Assembly (NCBI RefSeq): GCF_004010195.1
Contig: NC_057718.1
Location: 3,322,092-3,386,091, forward strand
Direction of reading: 5' to 3'
DNA: 64,000 bases
Origin: Chiloscyllium plagiosum
Taxonomy: Eukaryota
Shown: piece after piece, positions 48,573 through 63,177 of the stretch
Numbering within the stretch: position 1 is the stretch's first letter
How the letters are laid out: each line of letters starts with the position of its first letter
Notes under the pieces: generated by a model
What the model was told of the DNA's origin: nothing
Seen by the model: the letters and a program-made list of their open reading frames with translations, nothing else
Databases searched by the model: none
Made by a program: the position numbers and the translations under genes

Positions 48573-51500
48573 CCAAATAAATCCCTTCTAAGTAGTGACT
48601 ATTCCAAATAAAACAAGATTCTAGTGGCATGCTATCCCAATAAATACAAAGCTCACTCATAAAACAAAAAAATAGCATTTAGTTTCTCAAGATTACAGCC
48701 TGGTTACACGTCTTCTGGAACCTTCTGTGCCGACACCATCAATCCTTCTGTCAGGAATATTAACGAGATGTGCCGCTAGTACCGTTGTTATTTATATGGT
48801 GCTTTCTGTCAGAAATAGATAAAGTTGTGAATGCCAGCGATTCTCTCTCAAGGGCTGAGGGCTGTTAGCTCTGGTGGATGGCAGCTAGCTCCCGGGTCAT
48901 TGTTCAACTGCCCCCTTCTTTTACACCCATGATGACATCTCAATATTTCTCACAATAGGATTGGTCCTATGTTGTCAAAACTATCAGATTTAAATTTAAT
49001 AGGTTTTTGCTATCTAAGTGAAACTGAGGATGACAGAGTTAAAAAGTGTGGCACTGGAAAAACACTCAGGTCAGGCAGCATCCGAGGAGCAGGAGAGTCA
49101 ACACTTCAGGCATTCCTGATAAAGGGCTTATGCCAGAAACTTCGACACTTCTGCTCCTTGGATGCTGCCTGACCTGCTGTGCTTTTGCAGCACTGATCTT
49201 TTTGACTTTTGATATCTAAGTACCTGGTTCAAATTGATTGGCTAAACTCAAAGTAATGTTGTCTTAATAAAAACTGCTGCTTGGTCTGCTAACTGTATAG
49301 CCTTTCAATAGAAATGTTCCAATCTTGGTTCTCTGGGTACTTGCAAATTTTTAAGCTGCTGCTCACAGACATCCATTGTAAACCTCTCAGCACAGAAAAA
49401 CACCATCTTTTTAAGGGGTCGGATACTGTTTTCCCACCAAACACTTTAGAAACTCCAAATTCTAACTCCCTGCCTCCTAATCCACAAGTATTCTGCCCAA
49501 CTTTGCAACATCTCGCCCCTTCAGAAAACAATGGACATCATTATAGAAGGATGGCTTCATTTTTGTCTTCTGTTAAAGCTGTAACTCCATTACATTACTG
49601 GATCCAGAGCTTATAAATCCAGAGTTGCACATTTTATACAAATTATATTCATCTCTGGCATTGAACATGACCATTTCTATCTTACATGAGCCTTTTTTTT
49701 AAACTCACGATAGTGTCTTTGCTAATATTTTCACAACATGTACAATCTGTAAATTAAATGCTTGTAACGTGATACTTCAACAAAATATTTTGGTGTTCTT
49801 ATCCTTAAATCTGTCTAGAAATGTCAAAAGATTGTGATCAGTATACACAATTATCTTTGATATGTTATTTACAAAGTAAACATTAAAATGCTTAAGGCCA
49901 TTCTCAAATTCAATAACTCTTTTCAATGTGGATATTTTTTTCTGGTGCAAATTGAGCTTTGTTTGAAAAATAACCAATTGATCTTTCTATTTCACAATCA
50001 TCCTCCTGTAACAACACAACTCCCACACTTACATCGTTTGGGTCAATAGTGATTTTGAAGGGTTTCAGAAAAATTTGCTGTGGCTAAAACTGGTGCTATG
50101 GTTAACAATGCTTTTAAATTCTCAAACACCTCCAGGCATTATTCTGATCACTGAAATTTCAGGTTATTTTTTAACAAATCTGCCAATGGTGCCACTACTC
50201 TTTAAAGTTTGGTACAAATTTCAATCCCCAAAATTGGAGCACTTCCTTGTTCAAGGACAGCATTGGAAATTCTTCGATGGTCCTCAACTTCACGTTCCTC
50301 GGTGTTATCCGTCCTTGTCCAATGTTATGCCCTATGAATGTCACTTCTGCCTTTGCAAAGTCTGTTTTTACCAAGTTTCTGACCAATTTTGTGTTGTGTA
50401 GCCTCTGAAAGAGCTCTGCCAAATACTCCATGTGATCTTTCCATGAATGGCTAAAGATCCCACCGCAATCTATGTAGACGCCACAATTAGTCAATCCTGC
50501 AATAACTCTGTTCATAAACCTTTGAAAAGTGGCTGGTGCATGTTTCATTCCAAATGGTGTCACTTTAAATTGAAATAATCCATTTATGGTTATAAAAGCA
50601 GAGACTTCTTTTGCTCACTCCAACAAAGGTACTTGCCACCAACCACAAAGTAAGTCCAACTTTGTAATGCAAGTGGCTTGTCCTAATTTATCCATACAAT
50701 CCCCCAACCTTGAAATTGGGTATGAGTCAAATTTGGTTGCAGTGTTGACTCTCCACTAATGTACACAGAATTGTTGACTACCATCAGGTTTGGGAACTAA
50801 CACAATTGGTGAACTCGACTCATTTTGATGCATAGCTATGATATGTTCTTGGAGCATCATTTCCACTTCCTTCTGAACCTGCACTATTTTAAGAGGATTA
50901 CGCCTGTCGGGGTGTTATTTGAATGGAACAGCATTCCCTACATCAATCTCATATAATCTCATATTAATTCTCCCCATTCTATTTCTACATTGATTCTCAG
51001 AGCACTGTAACAAGTCTTTCAATGCAGTCCTCTGTTCCTGGGGCAGATAGATGACTACCCTATCCCAATCCTTGAGGAGTTCCTTATTATTCAACTTGTG
51101 CTGAAGGATATCATGATCCAAATTATCTGGATTTGATTCCTCACTCTGAGTGCTTCAACAGCTCCCTTTCCCTCTCATAGTAATGCTTCAGCAAGATCAC
51201 ATGACAGACCAATTAAATATCTTACCAGGTAATTCACTAAACTTACCTTCTCAATCTGATGAGACCACTAAACCTTGTTTTGAATGGGTCTCCTACTACT
51301 GGTTACAGCATAAATACTTTTTCCCCAAAGGAAAATGTACAACTTTTGGATACATTATCTGCTTCTTGGTTCATTCATTGATGTGGCACCTTCAAATGTT
51401 GTCCAGTTAAATTTACCTGCTCGGTTTAATCTTTCTCTCACCTCAGATATATAATCCAAGAGTGAGGTCTCTGACTCCAGACCGATCAACTTTTCCATAA

Positions 51501-52819
51501 TTAATTTTAAAAGCCCTCTTACTTAGTGTCTGAATATCCATTCAAATGGGGCAAACTTATTCAATTCATTTGGAGCATCTCTAACAGCAAATAATATAAA
51601 TGGGATACCTTTATCCTGATCGTTTGGGTAATCCTGGAAATAAACCCTCAACATTGGCTTTAGGTCTGATGCCACCTTTCCAATGCTCCCTGGGATTCAG
51701 GATGCTACACGCTTGATATAAAGTGGTTATTACCTAAACTATCCATAACCTCATAAATAATTCGGCAGTAAAATTGGACACTTGGTCTAACTGAATTTCC
51801 CTGGATAGTCCATAATGGGTAAGGAAAGCAAGCAACTCCTCCACAACCTTTTTTGCCTTGACATTCTGGTTAGCAAATACTGGTTCCAATTTTAGCTTTA
51901 GGGAGAGGACTTACACAATCAATCATAACCCATGCAAAAGGTTCTTCAAATGTAGGACTTGGCATCAAAGGCATGGGTTTTATCACTGCCTGTGGCTTTC
52001 CTAGCATCTGACATGTATGACAGTTACAATAAAATTCGACCAGATATTTATGCAATCTGGGCCAATAAAATGTTTCTGTATCTTAGCCTGAGTCTTCCTC
52101 ACTCCTGCGTGACCTCCTACAGGTAATTTATGTGCTATCCATAGATAATAAGACATAGGAGCAGAAATTAGGCCATTTAATCCATCGAGTCTGTACCATC
52201 ATTCAGTCATGCTGGCAATCATACGCGCAATACTTCCTGTCTGTATTCTACCGGCAGCACAATCTGGTGAATCCCTGCCCATTTCTCACCTGCATGAATC
52301 TGCCAAGGTCTCCATTTGCACCTTAAGATTTTATCCTGAATGTAATAGCATTCTGGAATACCCTCTGATTCCTTTTCCGAGTGGTGTTGATATAAATCCT
52401 TTATCATCTCATTTTTTTTTTTGTCATGATCCCATTAATCTTTCAGAATGAAACACCTCTGCCTGATCCTCTAGCTGCTTCAGCTTTTCCTTCACTATCT
52501 CATCAAACAGAGCGCCAGCTAACTGGACCTCAATCTCTTCATCTTTCTCTTTTGTTCTCCTTCAATGTTTTAACTTATGGCTTGGGATCTTGACACTACA
52601 CAGTCCAGAAAATCCCAGGGTATTTTTTCTTTCTTACTCCTCAGTCTTGTTTTTCCTTTGGCTTTTCCATTACAATGGGCCTGACTCCCATCTGTGATCC
52701 AGCTCTAACGTTGCCAAGAATAAACAGGACTCCTGATATAGCCAATTTTTCCATCTCTCCCACAACCACTTCCCCAATCTGAATTGGACTTCCCAGCCTT
52801 ATCTTACATGGAGGACCAT

Positions 52820-54600
52820 CGAACATAGACATAGAACAGTACAGGCCCTTCAGCTCTTGATGTTTTGCCAACCTTTTATCCTACTCTCAGATCAAACTAA
52901 TCCACATATACTTCAATTTACTATCATCTATGTGCCTATCCAAAAGTCACCTAAATGTCCCTAATATATCTGACTCAACCACCACCTCTGGCAGTGCATT
53001 CCACGCAGCCACCACTCTGTGTAAAGAACCTACCTCTGACATCTTCCCTAAACCTTCCTCCAATCACCTTAAAATTCTGCCCCCTCATGATGTCTGCCCT
53101 GGGAAAAAGTCTCTGACTGTTCACTGCATCTATGCCTCTTATCATCTTGTGTACAGCTATCAAGTCACCTCTCATCCTTCTTTGCTCCACTAAGAAAAAC
53201 CTTAGTTCCCTCAACCTTTCTTTATAAGACTTGCCCTCCACTCCAGGCAACATCCTGGTAAATCTCTGCTGCACTTTCTCTAAAATTTTCACATTCTTCC
53301 TGTAATATGGCAACTAGAACAGAACAGACCAAGTGTGGTCTGACCAGGGCTCTATAGACCTGCAGCATAACCTCATGGCTCTCAAACTCAATTCCCCAGC
53401 TAATGAAAGCCAACACACTGTACACTACCTTTTAACAACCCTATCAACTTGGGTGGCAATTTTGTGGGATCTATGGACACGGACACCGAGATCCCTCTGT
53501 TCCTCTACACTGCCAATAATCTTGCTTTTAGCCTTGTATTCTGCAATCAAATTTGACCTTCCCGAATGAACCACTTCACATTTTTTCTAGTTTGAACTCC
53601 ATCTGCCACTTATCAGCCCAGTTCTGCATCCTGTTAATCTCCCGTTGCAAGCTACAACAGCCTTCCACACTATCCATCACTCCACCCACCTTCGTGTCAT
53701 CAGCAAACTTACTAGGCCATCCTTCCTCTTTCTCATCCAATTCATTTATAAAAATCACAAAGAGCAGAGGTCCCTGAACAGTTCCCTGCAGAACACCACT
53801 GGTCACTGAGCTCCAGGCTAAATACTGTCCATTTACTACCACCCTCTGTCTTCTATGGGCCAGGTAATACTGCATCCAGACAGCCTGATTTTCCTATATC
53901 TCATGCCTCCTTAGGTTCTGAATGAGACTTCTGTGGGGAACCTTAACAAACATCTTGCTAAAATCTATGTACACCACATCCACTGTTCTACCTTCATCAA
54001 TATGTTTCATCACATTCTCAAAGAATTCAATAAGGCTTGTGAGGCATGACCTGCTCCTCACAAAGCCATGCTGACATACTCTCATCAAACTATGGTTTTC
54101 CAAGTAATCATAAATCCTGTATCTCAGATATGTCTCCAATAATTTGTCCTCTCCAGATGTAAGAATGACTGGTCTGTAATTCCCAGAATTATCCATATTC
54201 CCTTTCTTGAACAGGTGAATAACATTTACCACACCCCAGTCATCTGATACTACTCCAGTGGAGAGTGAGGATGCAAAGATCATCACCAAAGGTGCAGCAA
54301 TCTCTTCCCTCGCTTCCTGTAGTAACCTTGGGAATATCTCATCAGGCCCAGGGGACTTATCAGTCCTTGCGTTTTTCAACATTTTCAGAATATCCTCCTT
54401 CTTAACATCAACCTGTTTGAGCACATCAGTCTGTTTCATGCTGTCCTCACAAATGACAAGGTCCCTCTCAGATGCAAAATGTTTACTAAGGAACTCCCCT
54501 ACCTCCTCTGACTCCAGGCACAGTTCCCTCCATTATCCCAGATCGGCCCCACCCTCACTCTGCCAATCCACTTATTCCTTTCTCCTTTTATTCCACAGAT
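52820..54600 (-). mobile_element. CR1 RT fragment nested in the Gypsy element
   Basis: KSPGPDEIFPRLL, NYRPVILTS, QHGFVRSRSCLTSLIEFF, SKFADDTK. Confidence 0.9.
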
Positions 54601-55339
54601 TACCATGCTGTCCAGCAATATTTCAGAAGGAGTGCAAATATGTTTATCTCTTGCTATTTGAAACAGACTGGCTCCTGTATCTCTCAATATTTTAAATTTT
54701 TTACCTTCTCCCCCTACTCTAATGTGTAAATCATACCCACACAGGTGAAGTCTTTGAAAAGATCAGATGCTATCTCACTATTCAGCCAGTGACTAAGCTG
54801 TGCACTTTCCTGCACTTCCTCGACTACTCATGGGATTTCTTTCACTGCCTTAACCAACGGCACTGGATTAGCCCCTTTTACCACAGCCTTTTTTCCCAGT
54901 GCCTTTCTAAAACCGTCAGCACTGTGACTTTGTGTGTCCCATATTATTGCAGTGAAAATGCCTGAGGTCTGTCTTTCACCTCTATTTCAGCCTCTTGATT
55001 TTCTTTGTTTACACATGGTGAATTGTTTCCCGTGTGATCTCCTTTTTGGTTTTTATTGAAGGATCACCCTCTTTCCCAATTTTTATCCCTCATGGAATGA
55101 AACTGCTGTAGGTAGCTAGATTTCGATTTATACACTAATGCATATTCATCGGCCATCCCTGCAGCTCTTCTCCCTGTTTGAACTTTCTGTTCCTCAACAT
55201 GAGTTCTTATCACTTCTGAGGTGAGTTTTTATGCTCCTCCCACAAAATAACCTCTCTAAGAGTCTCATATGTCTTTCCTATCTTTAATGCTCTCATTCAT
55301 CAATCAAAGTTATTCTGTTTAATGCTTTCAAACTCAATA

Positions 55340-55845
55340 TCGAGTCATAGAGATGTACAGTATGAAAATATACCCTTTGGGCCAACTCATCCATGCCAAC
55401 GAGGTATCCTAACCTCATCTCATCCCATTTGATAGCACTTGTCCCATATTCCTCTAAACCCTTCCTATTCATGTACCCATCTAGATGCCTTTTAAATACT
55501 GTAATTGTCCCAGCCTCCATGACTTTCTCTGGCAGCTCATTCCATACAAGCACCATCTTTGTGTGAAAAAGTTGCCCTTTAAGTCCCTTTTATACCTTTC
55601 TCCTCTCATACTAAACCAATGCCCCCTCTGTCTGGACTCCTCCATGCCAGGGAAAAAACTTGTCTGTTTTCCTATCCATGCCCCTCATGATTTTAAAAAC
55701 CTCTTTAAGGTCACCCCTCAGCCTCTGATGTTCCAGGGATAACAGCCCCAGATTATTCAGCCTCTCTCAGGAGCTCAAATCTTCCAAACTTAGCAACAAC
55801 CTTGGAATTTTTTTCTGAACCCTTTCAAGTTTCACAACATCCCTG
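55340..55845 (-). mobile_element. CR1 3' fragment nested in gag
   Basis: VWNELPEKVMEAGTITVFKRHLDGYM. Confidence 0.8.
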
Positions 55846-57374
55846 TGAAATATCTTTTCTTACATCTCTGAACCATTGTCTATGTGCTTCTGTAACCAGT
55901 TCATAGTCCTCAACATCACTTTTTTTACTTCTTCATGTTCTTCTGACAGTGCTGCAAGCATCTCACCAGCCCTGCCTACCAACTTGGACTAAATTAACAT
56001 TACCCACACACTCTCTCGCTAGTTCATCTGTATAGCCAATTTCTCAAAGGAAATACAAAACTCTTTGACATCTTTTTCATCAAACTTTGGTTATGTTTGG
56101 ACATAATTGTATCAATCCCGACCAGGATGTTGGCTACGATGAGTTTGCACATCATCACTTCTATCCTATACTTTTATTTCTATCATTTGACGTCATTTTG
56201 CTTCAAGGTCCAGCTTCATCTTTTACAACTCAAACATTCTTTCCATTTCTTTATCTTTTAGTTCACTTTCTAACTCCTATTGTCTCATTTGCAATGTTAT
56301 TTTTTTCTAACTCAACTGCACTTGACTGTTTCTCTGATACACCTAAATGCTTGGCTAACTCTGTTACAATTTCAGCTTTTGTATTATCTCTAGTTAAATC
56401 AAATTTTAGCCTGTTCCACAAGTGTCACATTTTTCTGTTTTTCTAAGCTGCTTTGGCAAATTTGGGAAGCATGTTCAACCTCCAGAACCTCTTTTTCGAT
56501 GCTAATAGCCATTTCCCCATTTTTGATTTAACCAATAACAGATAACTGAATTTAAACAGATTTTCCACTTCTCACTTCAGTTTTACTTAACAATCTAGGA
56601 GACAAGGCCCCAAGTCTGATGAAATCTGCTGGGATCTTTCGTACCCTAAATCTGTTCAGATCTTGGACAAATGAGCCCCCAAACTGTCATAAAGCAGAGG
56701 TTGACCCCGCTCTGAGAACTAACACTGAAACACCCCAAGAGGAGCACCTCACCCTATAATCTGTAAAAAGGAGGGTGGATCGTGATGTAATCTGCCTTTC
56801 AGCAACTTCTCGTGGTTAAATAAAATAAATCCCTGACACTCACTTTAAAATAAACAAATAACAATATATCTATCAAACACTTACAGTGAAGAAATTAACT
56901 AAACTATTAACAAGCCAAATAAATCGTTTCTAACTTCAAACTATTCATGAATAAAACAAAATTCTAATGAATTTTGTTCCAATAAATACAAATCTCAATC
57001 ATACAACAAAAAATCAAATTTAGTCTCTTGATATTACAGCCAGGTTATATGTCTTCCGGAATGTTCTGTGTGTTTCTTCTGTCAGGAATACTAGTGAGTT
57101 AGTCCCATTGTTATTTAGATGGTGCTTTCTCTCAGACATAGAGGACGCTGTGAGAGCCAGCGATTCTGTCTCGAGAGCTGAGAGCTGTTAGCTCTGGCAG
57201 ATGGCAGGTAGCTCTGGGGTCTTTGTCCAACTGCCCCCTACTTTTACAACCATGATGGCATATCAATATTTCGCACAATAGGACTGGTCCTACGCTGTCA
57301 AACCCATCAGATTTAAATTTAGTAAGTTTTTTTTTGTATCTATGTGACTGGTTCAAATTGATTGGCTAAATTAA

Positions 57375-58195
57375 TACATTAAGAACAAAAGTGGATCAAT
57401 CCCCAGGACCTGATCAGATGTACCCTAGAACTCGGTGGGAAGCTAGGAAAGTGATTGCTGGGTCCCGTGATGAGATATTTGTATCATTGATAGTCGCAGG
57501 TGAGATGCCAGAAGACTGGGGGTTGTCTAACATGGTGCCATTATTTAAGAAAGGTGATAAGGACAAGTCAAGAAATAAGGAAACATCATAGGATTGAGTT
57601 GGGAGGTCCAGTTGCAGCTGTACAGGATGTTGGTGAGGTCGCTTTTGGAATGTTGTATGCAATTCTCGTCACCTTTCAATCGGAAGGTTGTTATGAAATA
57701 TGAAAAAGTTCAGAGAAGATTTACAAGAGTTTACAAGGTGGGAGGGTTTGAGCTATAGGGAGAGGGTGAATAGGCTGGGGCTGTTTTCACTGGAATGTCG
57801 GAGGCTGAGGGGTGACCTTATAGAGGTTTATAAAATCATGAAGAGCATGGATAGGATAAGCAGACAAGATCTTTTCCCTGGGGTGAGGGAGTCCAGAACT
57901 AGAGGGCATAGGTTTAAGGTCAGAGGAGAGAGATGTAAATGGGACCTAATGGGCAACTTTTAAACAAAAAGGGTGGTGCAGGTTTGGAATGAGCTGTGAG
58001 AGGAATTGGTGTATGCTGGAACAATGACAACATTTTCAAGGCATCTGGATGGGTATATGAATAGGAAGGGTTTAGAGGGATATGTGCCAAGTGATGGCAA
58101 TTGGGACAGGATTAGGTTAGGCTATCTGGTCGGCATGAATGAGTTGGACCAAAGGTCTGTTTCTGTGCTGTACAAGTCTATGACTCTATGACTCT
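57375..58195 (+). mobile_element. CR1 fragment nested in the 5' LTR
   Basis: SPGPDQMYPR, LFSLECRRLRGDLIEVYKIM, (ctatgact)n tail. Confidence 0.85.
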
Positions 58196-58917
58196 CAAAG
58201 CCTGTTGTTTTGGCAAAAACCGCTGCTTGGACTGCTAACTGTATGGCCTTCTGATACAAATGTTTCAATTCGGGTGCTTTCTGGGCACTTAAAAACTTTC
58301 AAGCTGCTGCTCATAGACATCCATTCTAAATCTTTAAGCAGAGAAAAAACATAAGATCTTTCAAAAGAACCATGCAATGCTTCCCACCCCTCTCCCAGCA
58401 CTTTACAAACACCGAATTCAAACTTCCTGCCTCATAATTGTTAAGTAATCTACCCAAATTTGCAAAAATATATTTCAAAAATAGCAGAGTATTCCACGGA
58501 TCCTTGTGGAACAACACTAGTCATGAATATCCTTCATAGAAAAACACTCGTCCACCACTACCTTCTGCCTTTGATGGACAAACCAATTCTGAATTCATAT
58601 AGCACTGTCACTGAGGATCCCACGCACCTAATCTTCTGGATGAGCCGACCATGAGGGACATTGTCATCCATGGAAACAACATTTATTGTCTATCCTCAGC
58701 GATACTCGAAAAATTCAATTAAGTTAGTAAGGCATGACCTTCCCTGCACAAAGCCATGCTGACTGTCCCTAATTAGGCCATGTTATTGTGAATATACTTA
58801 AGTCCTATCCCGAAGAATTCTCTCCAATAGTTTACCAACTACCAATGTGAGACTCACTGGTCTATAGTTTCCTACATTATCCCTATTTCCCTTCTTGAAC
58901 AGAGGATCATCATTTTG

Positions 58918-59207
58918 ATATGACTGGACACCCAGACCCTCTCAGACCCTGAGATTACTGGGCACTCAGACCCTCTTAGACCCTGAGACTACTAGGCACG
59001 CTGATCCTTCCAGACCCTGAGGTTACTGGGCACTCAGACCCTCCCTGACCCTGAGAATACCGGGCACTCATATCCTCCCAGACCCTGAGATTACCAGGCA
59101 CTCAGACCCTCCCAGATCCTGAGATTACTGGGCACTCAGACCCTCCCTGGCTCTGAGATTACTGGGCACTCAGACTCATCCAATCTCTGAGATTACTGGG
59201 CGCTCAG
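58918..59207 (+). repeat. 34-bp minisatellite, right portion (about 8 copies)
   Basis: Unit gagattactgggcactcagaccctcccagaccct, the same unit as 47249-47315. Confidence 0.92.
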
Positions 59208-62087
59208 ATAGTGCAGTAGTTCAGCATTGGGGTGGAAGGTGCAGGAGGCAGTGTAGTCTCTGAGATTATTTTCCCTCTGCTGCTTCCTCTAACATTGTGC
59301 AGAACAACAGCAGGGACATTATGGGAACAGCTTGAATTGCGTGTTCCCTCCAGGCCCCAGCCCATCCTGATTTGTAATCTCAGCCTTTCCTTCCTCAGCA
59401 CTGGCTCTGGTTATTGGAATTCCCCAGTTAACAGCCAGCACTGGGTCAATGGAGGCAGGCCTGAGCTTGACCAGGATGAGGCAAGCCATGCCTTAAATTG
59501 GAGACATTCGTCACGTTGTTGGGAAAAATAACGATTGCCAGTTTGATCATTAAAGTTGGAACATCCCGAGAATGTTGCTTGGGTCTCTGGTTTAATCTTC
59601 TCATGATAATCCCACTCAGACATTGACTGCCCTCAGTGTGATTTATACTTTAATCTCGCCAAGTTTGCAGTTTGGGTTGGTTTCATTTTGCCAGTCATTT
59701 CTGAATTGTTGCCTCATTCCTCCGAAACAGGAATATGGGAGCAAGAGTGTACCATTCAGCCTCTCTAGCCTGCTATCCCATGCAATAAGATGGCAGCTGA
59801 TTGGATTGTGTTCTCCATCCACTTTCCTGTCTGACCCTTGAACCCTTGACTCCCTTGTTTCATGAAACCTCCAACAGCCAATGGACAATCGAGTGTGACG
59901 GTGAGGGTCAATGTGTCAGCAGGATATTGGAGTTAGACAGCCATCTGACTGGAATCTCTCTCCAGATGTTCCTGAGGAAATGCTGGCTCTGTCCTGGATC
60001 AGCCGGTTCGCTTCATATCACTGACAGAATCATAGCTCCCTCTCGGACAGATTCTGCTGGATTCGGGAGATATGTTTCCCTTCCTTTACTTCCAGCATTT
60101 TTATGGTGATGGGGGAATGGGGTAGCCAGTGACAATTCTTTCCTCCCACACTCTTATCTGCTATCCTATATTTAGTCATTCAATTCCTTATCCCCAATGT
60201 CCCACATCCTCCCTTTGAGTTCCTCCCTCTCCCACCTTTTCCACAAACTTCATTTTCTCTCTGTGCCCCTCACTTCCATTATTTCCTGCCTTCTCTATGG
60301 TGGCCATTCCCTACCTCCCACCATCGCCCTCAAATTTTTCCTCAGAAGCTCTGTCTTGCTGGGGCTTTAATGGCTGACCATTCCATTGGTCTAAGTGGAT
60401 GGAGGACAATCTCATTTCAGACTCTCACAATATATTCCCCTCGACCTGGCCCCCCTCCCCCTTCCTTCTCCAACCAGTTCCCTCTTCGACATTGCTTCTC
60501 TAGAGCTTTCAACATGCCCAAAAACCCAGACACACACAATGAGCCTGATTAATGAGGCATCCTGATCATCTGGGATCAGTCCTTGGGATCTGATTGGGAT
60601 CCAGTCAATGCGGGAGAAAGACAAACACTGGATTGGGTCAGTACACATGTTGGTGAAGCAGCTCACTGTGAGCCTCAAGAATGTTTCTGCTGGCTGGGGG
60701 ATTGGGGAGTTCAAGGGACAGTGCCTTTGACCCTGTTTTACCAACCTTCCCACTTCTGATCCTGTTGCCAACAGCCCAGAACTTTCCAGGCCTCTGGGAG
60801 TATAAATGGATGGGATGTGCTCTTGTGTACCAGAGGCCTGGAGTGGGTCTCGACGCTGCTGACTCAGGGACTGGGGCTGGAACATGGAGCTCTCTGCTCC
60901 TGCACATTCACATTGAACCTGATCCCAGCAGCCATTCCACTCCAGAACGACGTAAACATGGAATAACTCTCTGACACTGAGCTGATGGTGAACACTCGAT
61001 GCAGGTCAGTAAACCATCAGCTGCATGCCTGCTCCTGAGGATACAGCTGCCTCTAACCAGAGAACTGCATGACAATCCTTTATATCCTTTACACGCTGCA
61101 AACGTGTCTTTGACCAAGAACGTCAGTCAATTCTGAGTTGCTAATGGTTCTGTTTTAGCATCAGGATCTCTCAGGTCAATCCTCCCAAGGATTGGTGCCG
61201 GTTAAACAAGCTTCTTGGAATCTGCTCCAAATCCCTCATGACTGTCTCTTGGATTGGTCCATGCAACAACATTCATTCGGTAAACGCTGAGTCAGGCTGT
61301 GACCCCACACAGTCAGATCTGGAAAACAGTTCAAACTGAGTCCCATCACCAGTGAGTCTGCTTCTGTCCTCCCCAAACATGCACCTCCCAGGATGTGACA
61401 ATGGATTAAACAAGGGAGTTAAAGAGAGTTCAGGATGATGAAAGATCGCTCAGGGGAATGAAGACAGAAACTATCAATATTGCGGTTGGGGTCACTTTGA
61501 ACAACATTGCATAGAGAATGAAACTGAGTGTCTTTGTTGGTTTCACTCAAAACCCACATCAACACCCAGTGCACCTTTAAAAATAAACACATTCTGAAAT
61601 GTCTGTGTGAGCGTCATGGTGGGTTTCAATTCATCGAACCAGGTTTGTGCTGGTGTTTCCCTCTCCAAGATAAAAAGAGATGGGAATGGGGGAGAGCTGC
61701 CTGTTGGATGAAGCTGCAGCTCATTTTGCAGCTGGATAGAATGTTAGTTTGGTCACATTTGGAATATTGTGTACAGTTCTGGTCACCACACTCCCAGAAC
61801 GATTTGGAGGCTTTGGAGAGGGATGCAGGGCCCCAATTTCAGGTTCAGAAACACAGAGAGTATTGAAATTGATTGGATTGGGCACAGAAGTATGTGTGTT
61901 TATTATGTCAGTCTGTAAATAAATGTAACATTGAGTAAAAGTTCACTGCATGTAAAGGTTTACTAACGGGGGTGGGGGGTTTCTGAAATGGACAAGTGTG
62001 GCTAATTGGATATCTCAATCAATGAACTAGCATCATCACAATGGGCTAAATGGCGTCCTTCTGCTGCTGTATTATTTGATGATTAAA

Positions 62088-62755
62088 CTTAGAACATAGA
62101 ACTTAGAACATAGAAGAATACAGCGCAGTACAGGCCCTTTGGCCCTCGATGTTGCGCCGATCCAAGCCCACCTAACCTATACTAACCCACTATCCTCCAT
62201 ATACCTATCCAATGCCCGCTTAAATGCCCATAAAGAGGGAGAGTCCACCACTGCTACTGGCAGGGCATTCCATGAACTTACGACTCGCTGAGTGAAGAAC
62301 CTACCCCTAACTTCAGTCCTATATCTACCCCCCCTTAATTTAAAGCTATGCCCCCTTGTAATACCCGACTCCATACGCGGAAAAAGGTTCACATTGTCAA
62401 CCCTATCTAACCCCCTAATCATCTTGTACACCTCAATCAAGTCACCCCTAAACCTTCTTTTCTCTAATGAAAACTGAACCAAGTGTCTCAGTCTTTCCTC
62501 ATACGATCTTCCTTCCATACCAGGCAACATCCTGGTAAACCTCCTCTGCACCCGTTCCAGTGCCTCCACATCCTTCCTATAGTATGGCGACCAAAACTGC
62601 ACACAATATTCCAGATGCGGCCGCACCAGAGTCTTATACAACTGCATCATGACCTCAGGACTCCGGAACTCAATTCCTCTACCAATAAAAGCCAGTACGC
62701 CATATGCCTTCCTCACCGCACTATTTACCTGGGTGGCAACTTTCAGAGATCTGTG
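62088..62755 (-). mobile_element. Young 5'-truncated CR1 insertion
   Basis: Uninterrupted 179-aa ORF2 C-terminus (62177-62716) and (ttctaag/ttctatg)n tail. Confidence 0.9.
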
Positions 62756-63177
62756 TACCTATTCCTACCCTTGTTGTTTATTTCTGTCTAAGACAAGTTC
62801 CTGCCTCATTCTCACTTCTCTTAATTTAATCATTTGACTTCTCAGTCCCAGGGAGGGAGACAACAGGTCACGGCTTGACTCTGAACCCGAGCATTTTAGA
62901 CAAACAAGGATTGGAGCCCCAGCTGGCCTGAGGTGGGGCATGTGGTGGGGGCAGGGAGATCCTGGAGGAGGAGGGACAAGAGGGAAAGGTCAATGGGCAC
63001 AGAGTCTCCAAAAACAAATACTCGACAACTCATCCTCCATTCCAGTCTAGGAGAGAGGGCAATGGACAGAGCATCCAATGTAGATACTGAGACCCACCCA
63101 ACTTTAAATACAACAGAATGGCAGTGTGTTGTCCAACCCACTCCTCAGAAAAGAGGCACATTTGAAATAATTAGATG

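Larger units (their letters stand above)
47998..58467 (-). mobile_element. Structurally complete but decayed Gmr1-like Gypsy LTR retrotransposon. LTRs 47998-49510 and 56685-58467, TSD ATAT
   Basis: Homologous LTRs; tRNA-Pro-like PBS (tgggggctc on - strand, next to 56684); PPT next to 49511; SCAN-like gag (LREVILWEE...HVEEQK...AAGMADEY, about 55140-55290); integrase 51400-52140 precedes RT 50200-50980 and RH 49750-50150. Confidence 0.88.

Noticed and set aside
60820-60860. YQRPG / GLEWVS, resembling a V-domain FR2
   Set aside because: The motifs are in different overlapping frames, with no flanking Cys, Trp or DxxxYxC; probably chance.
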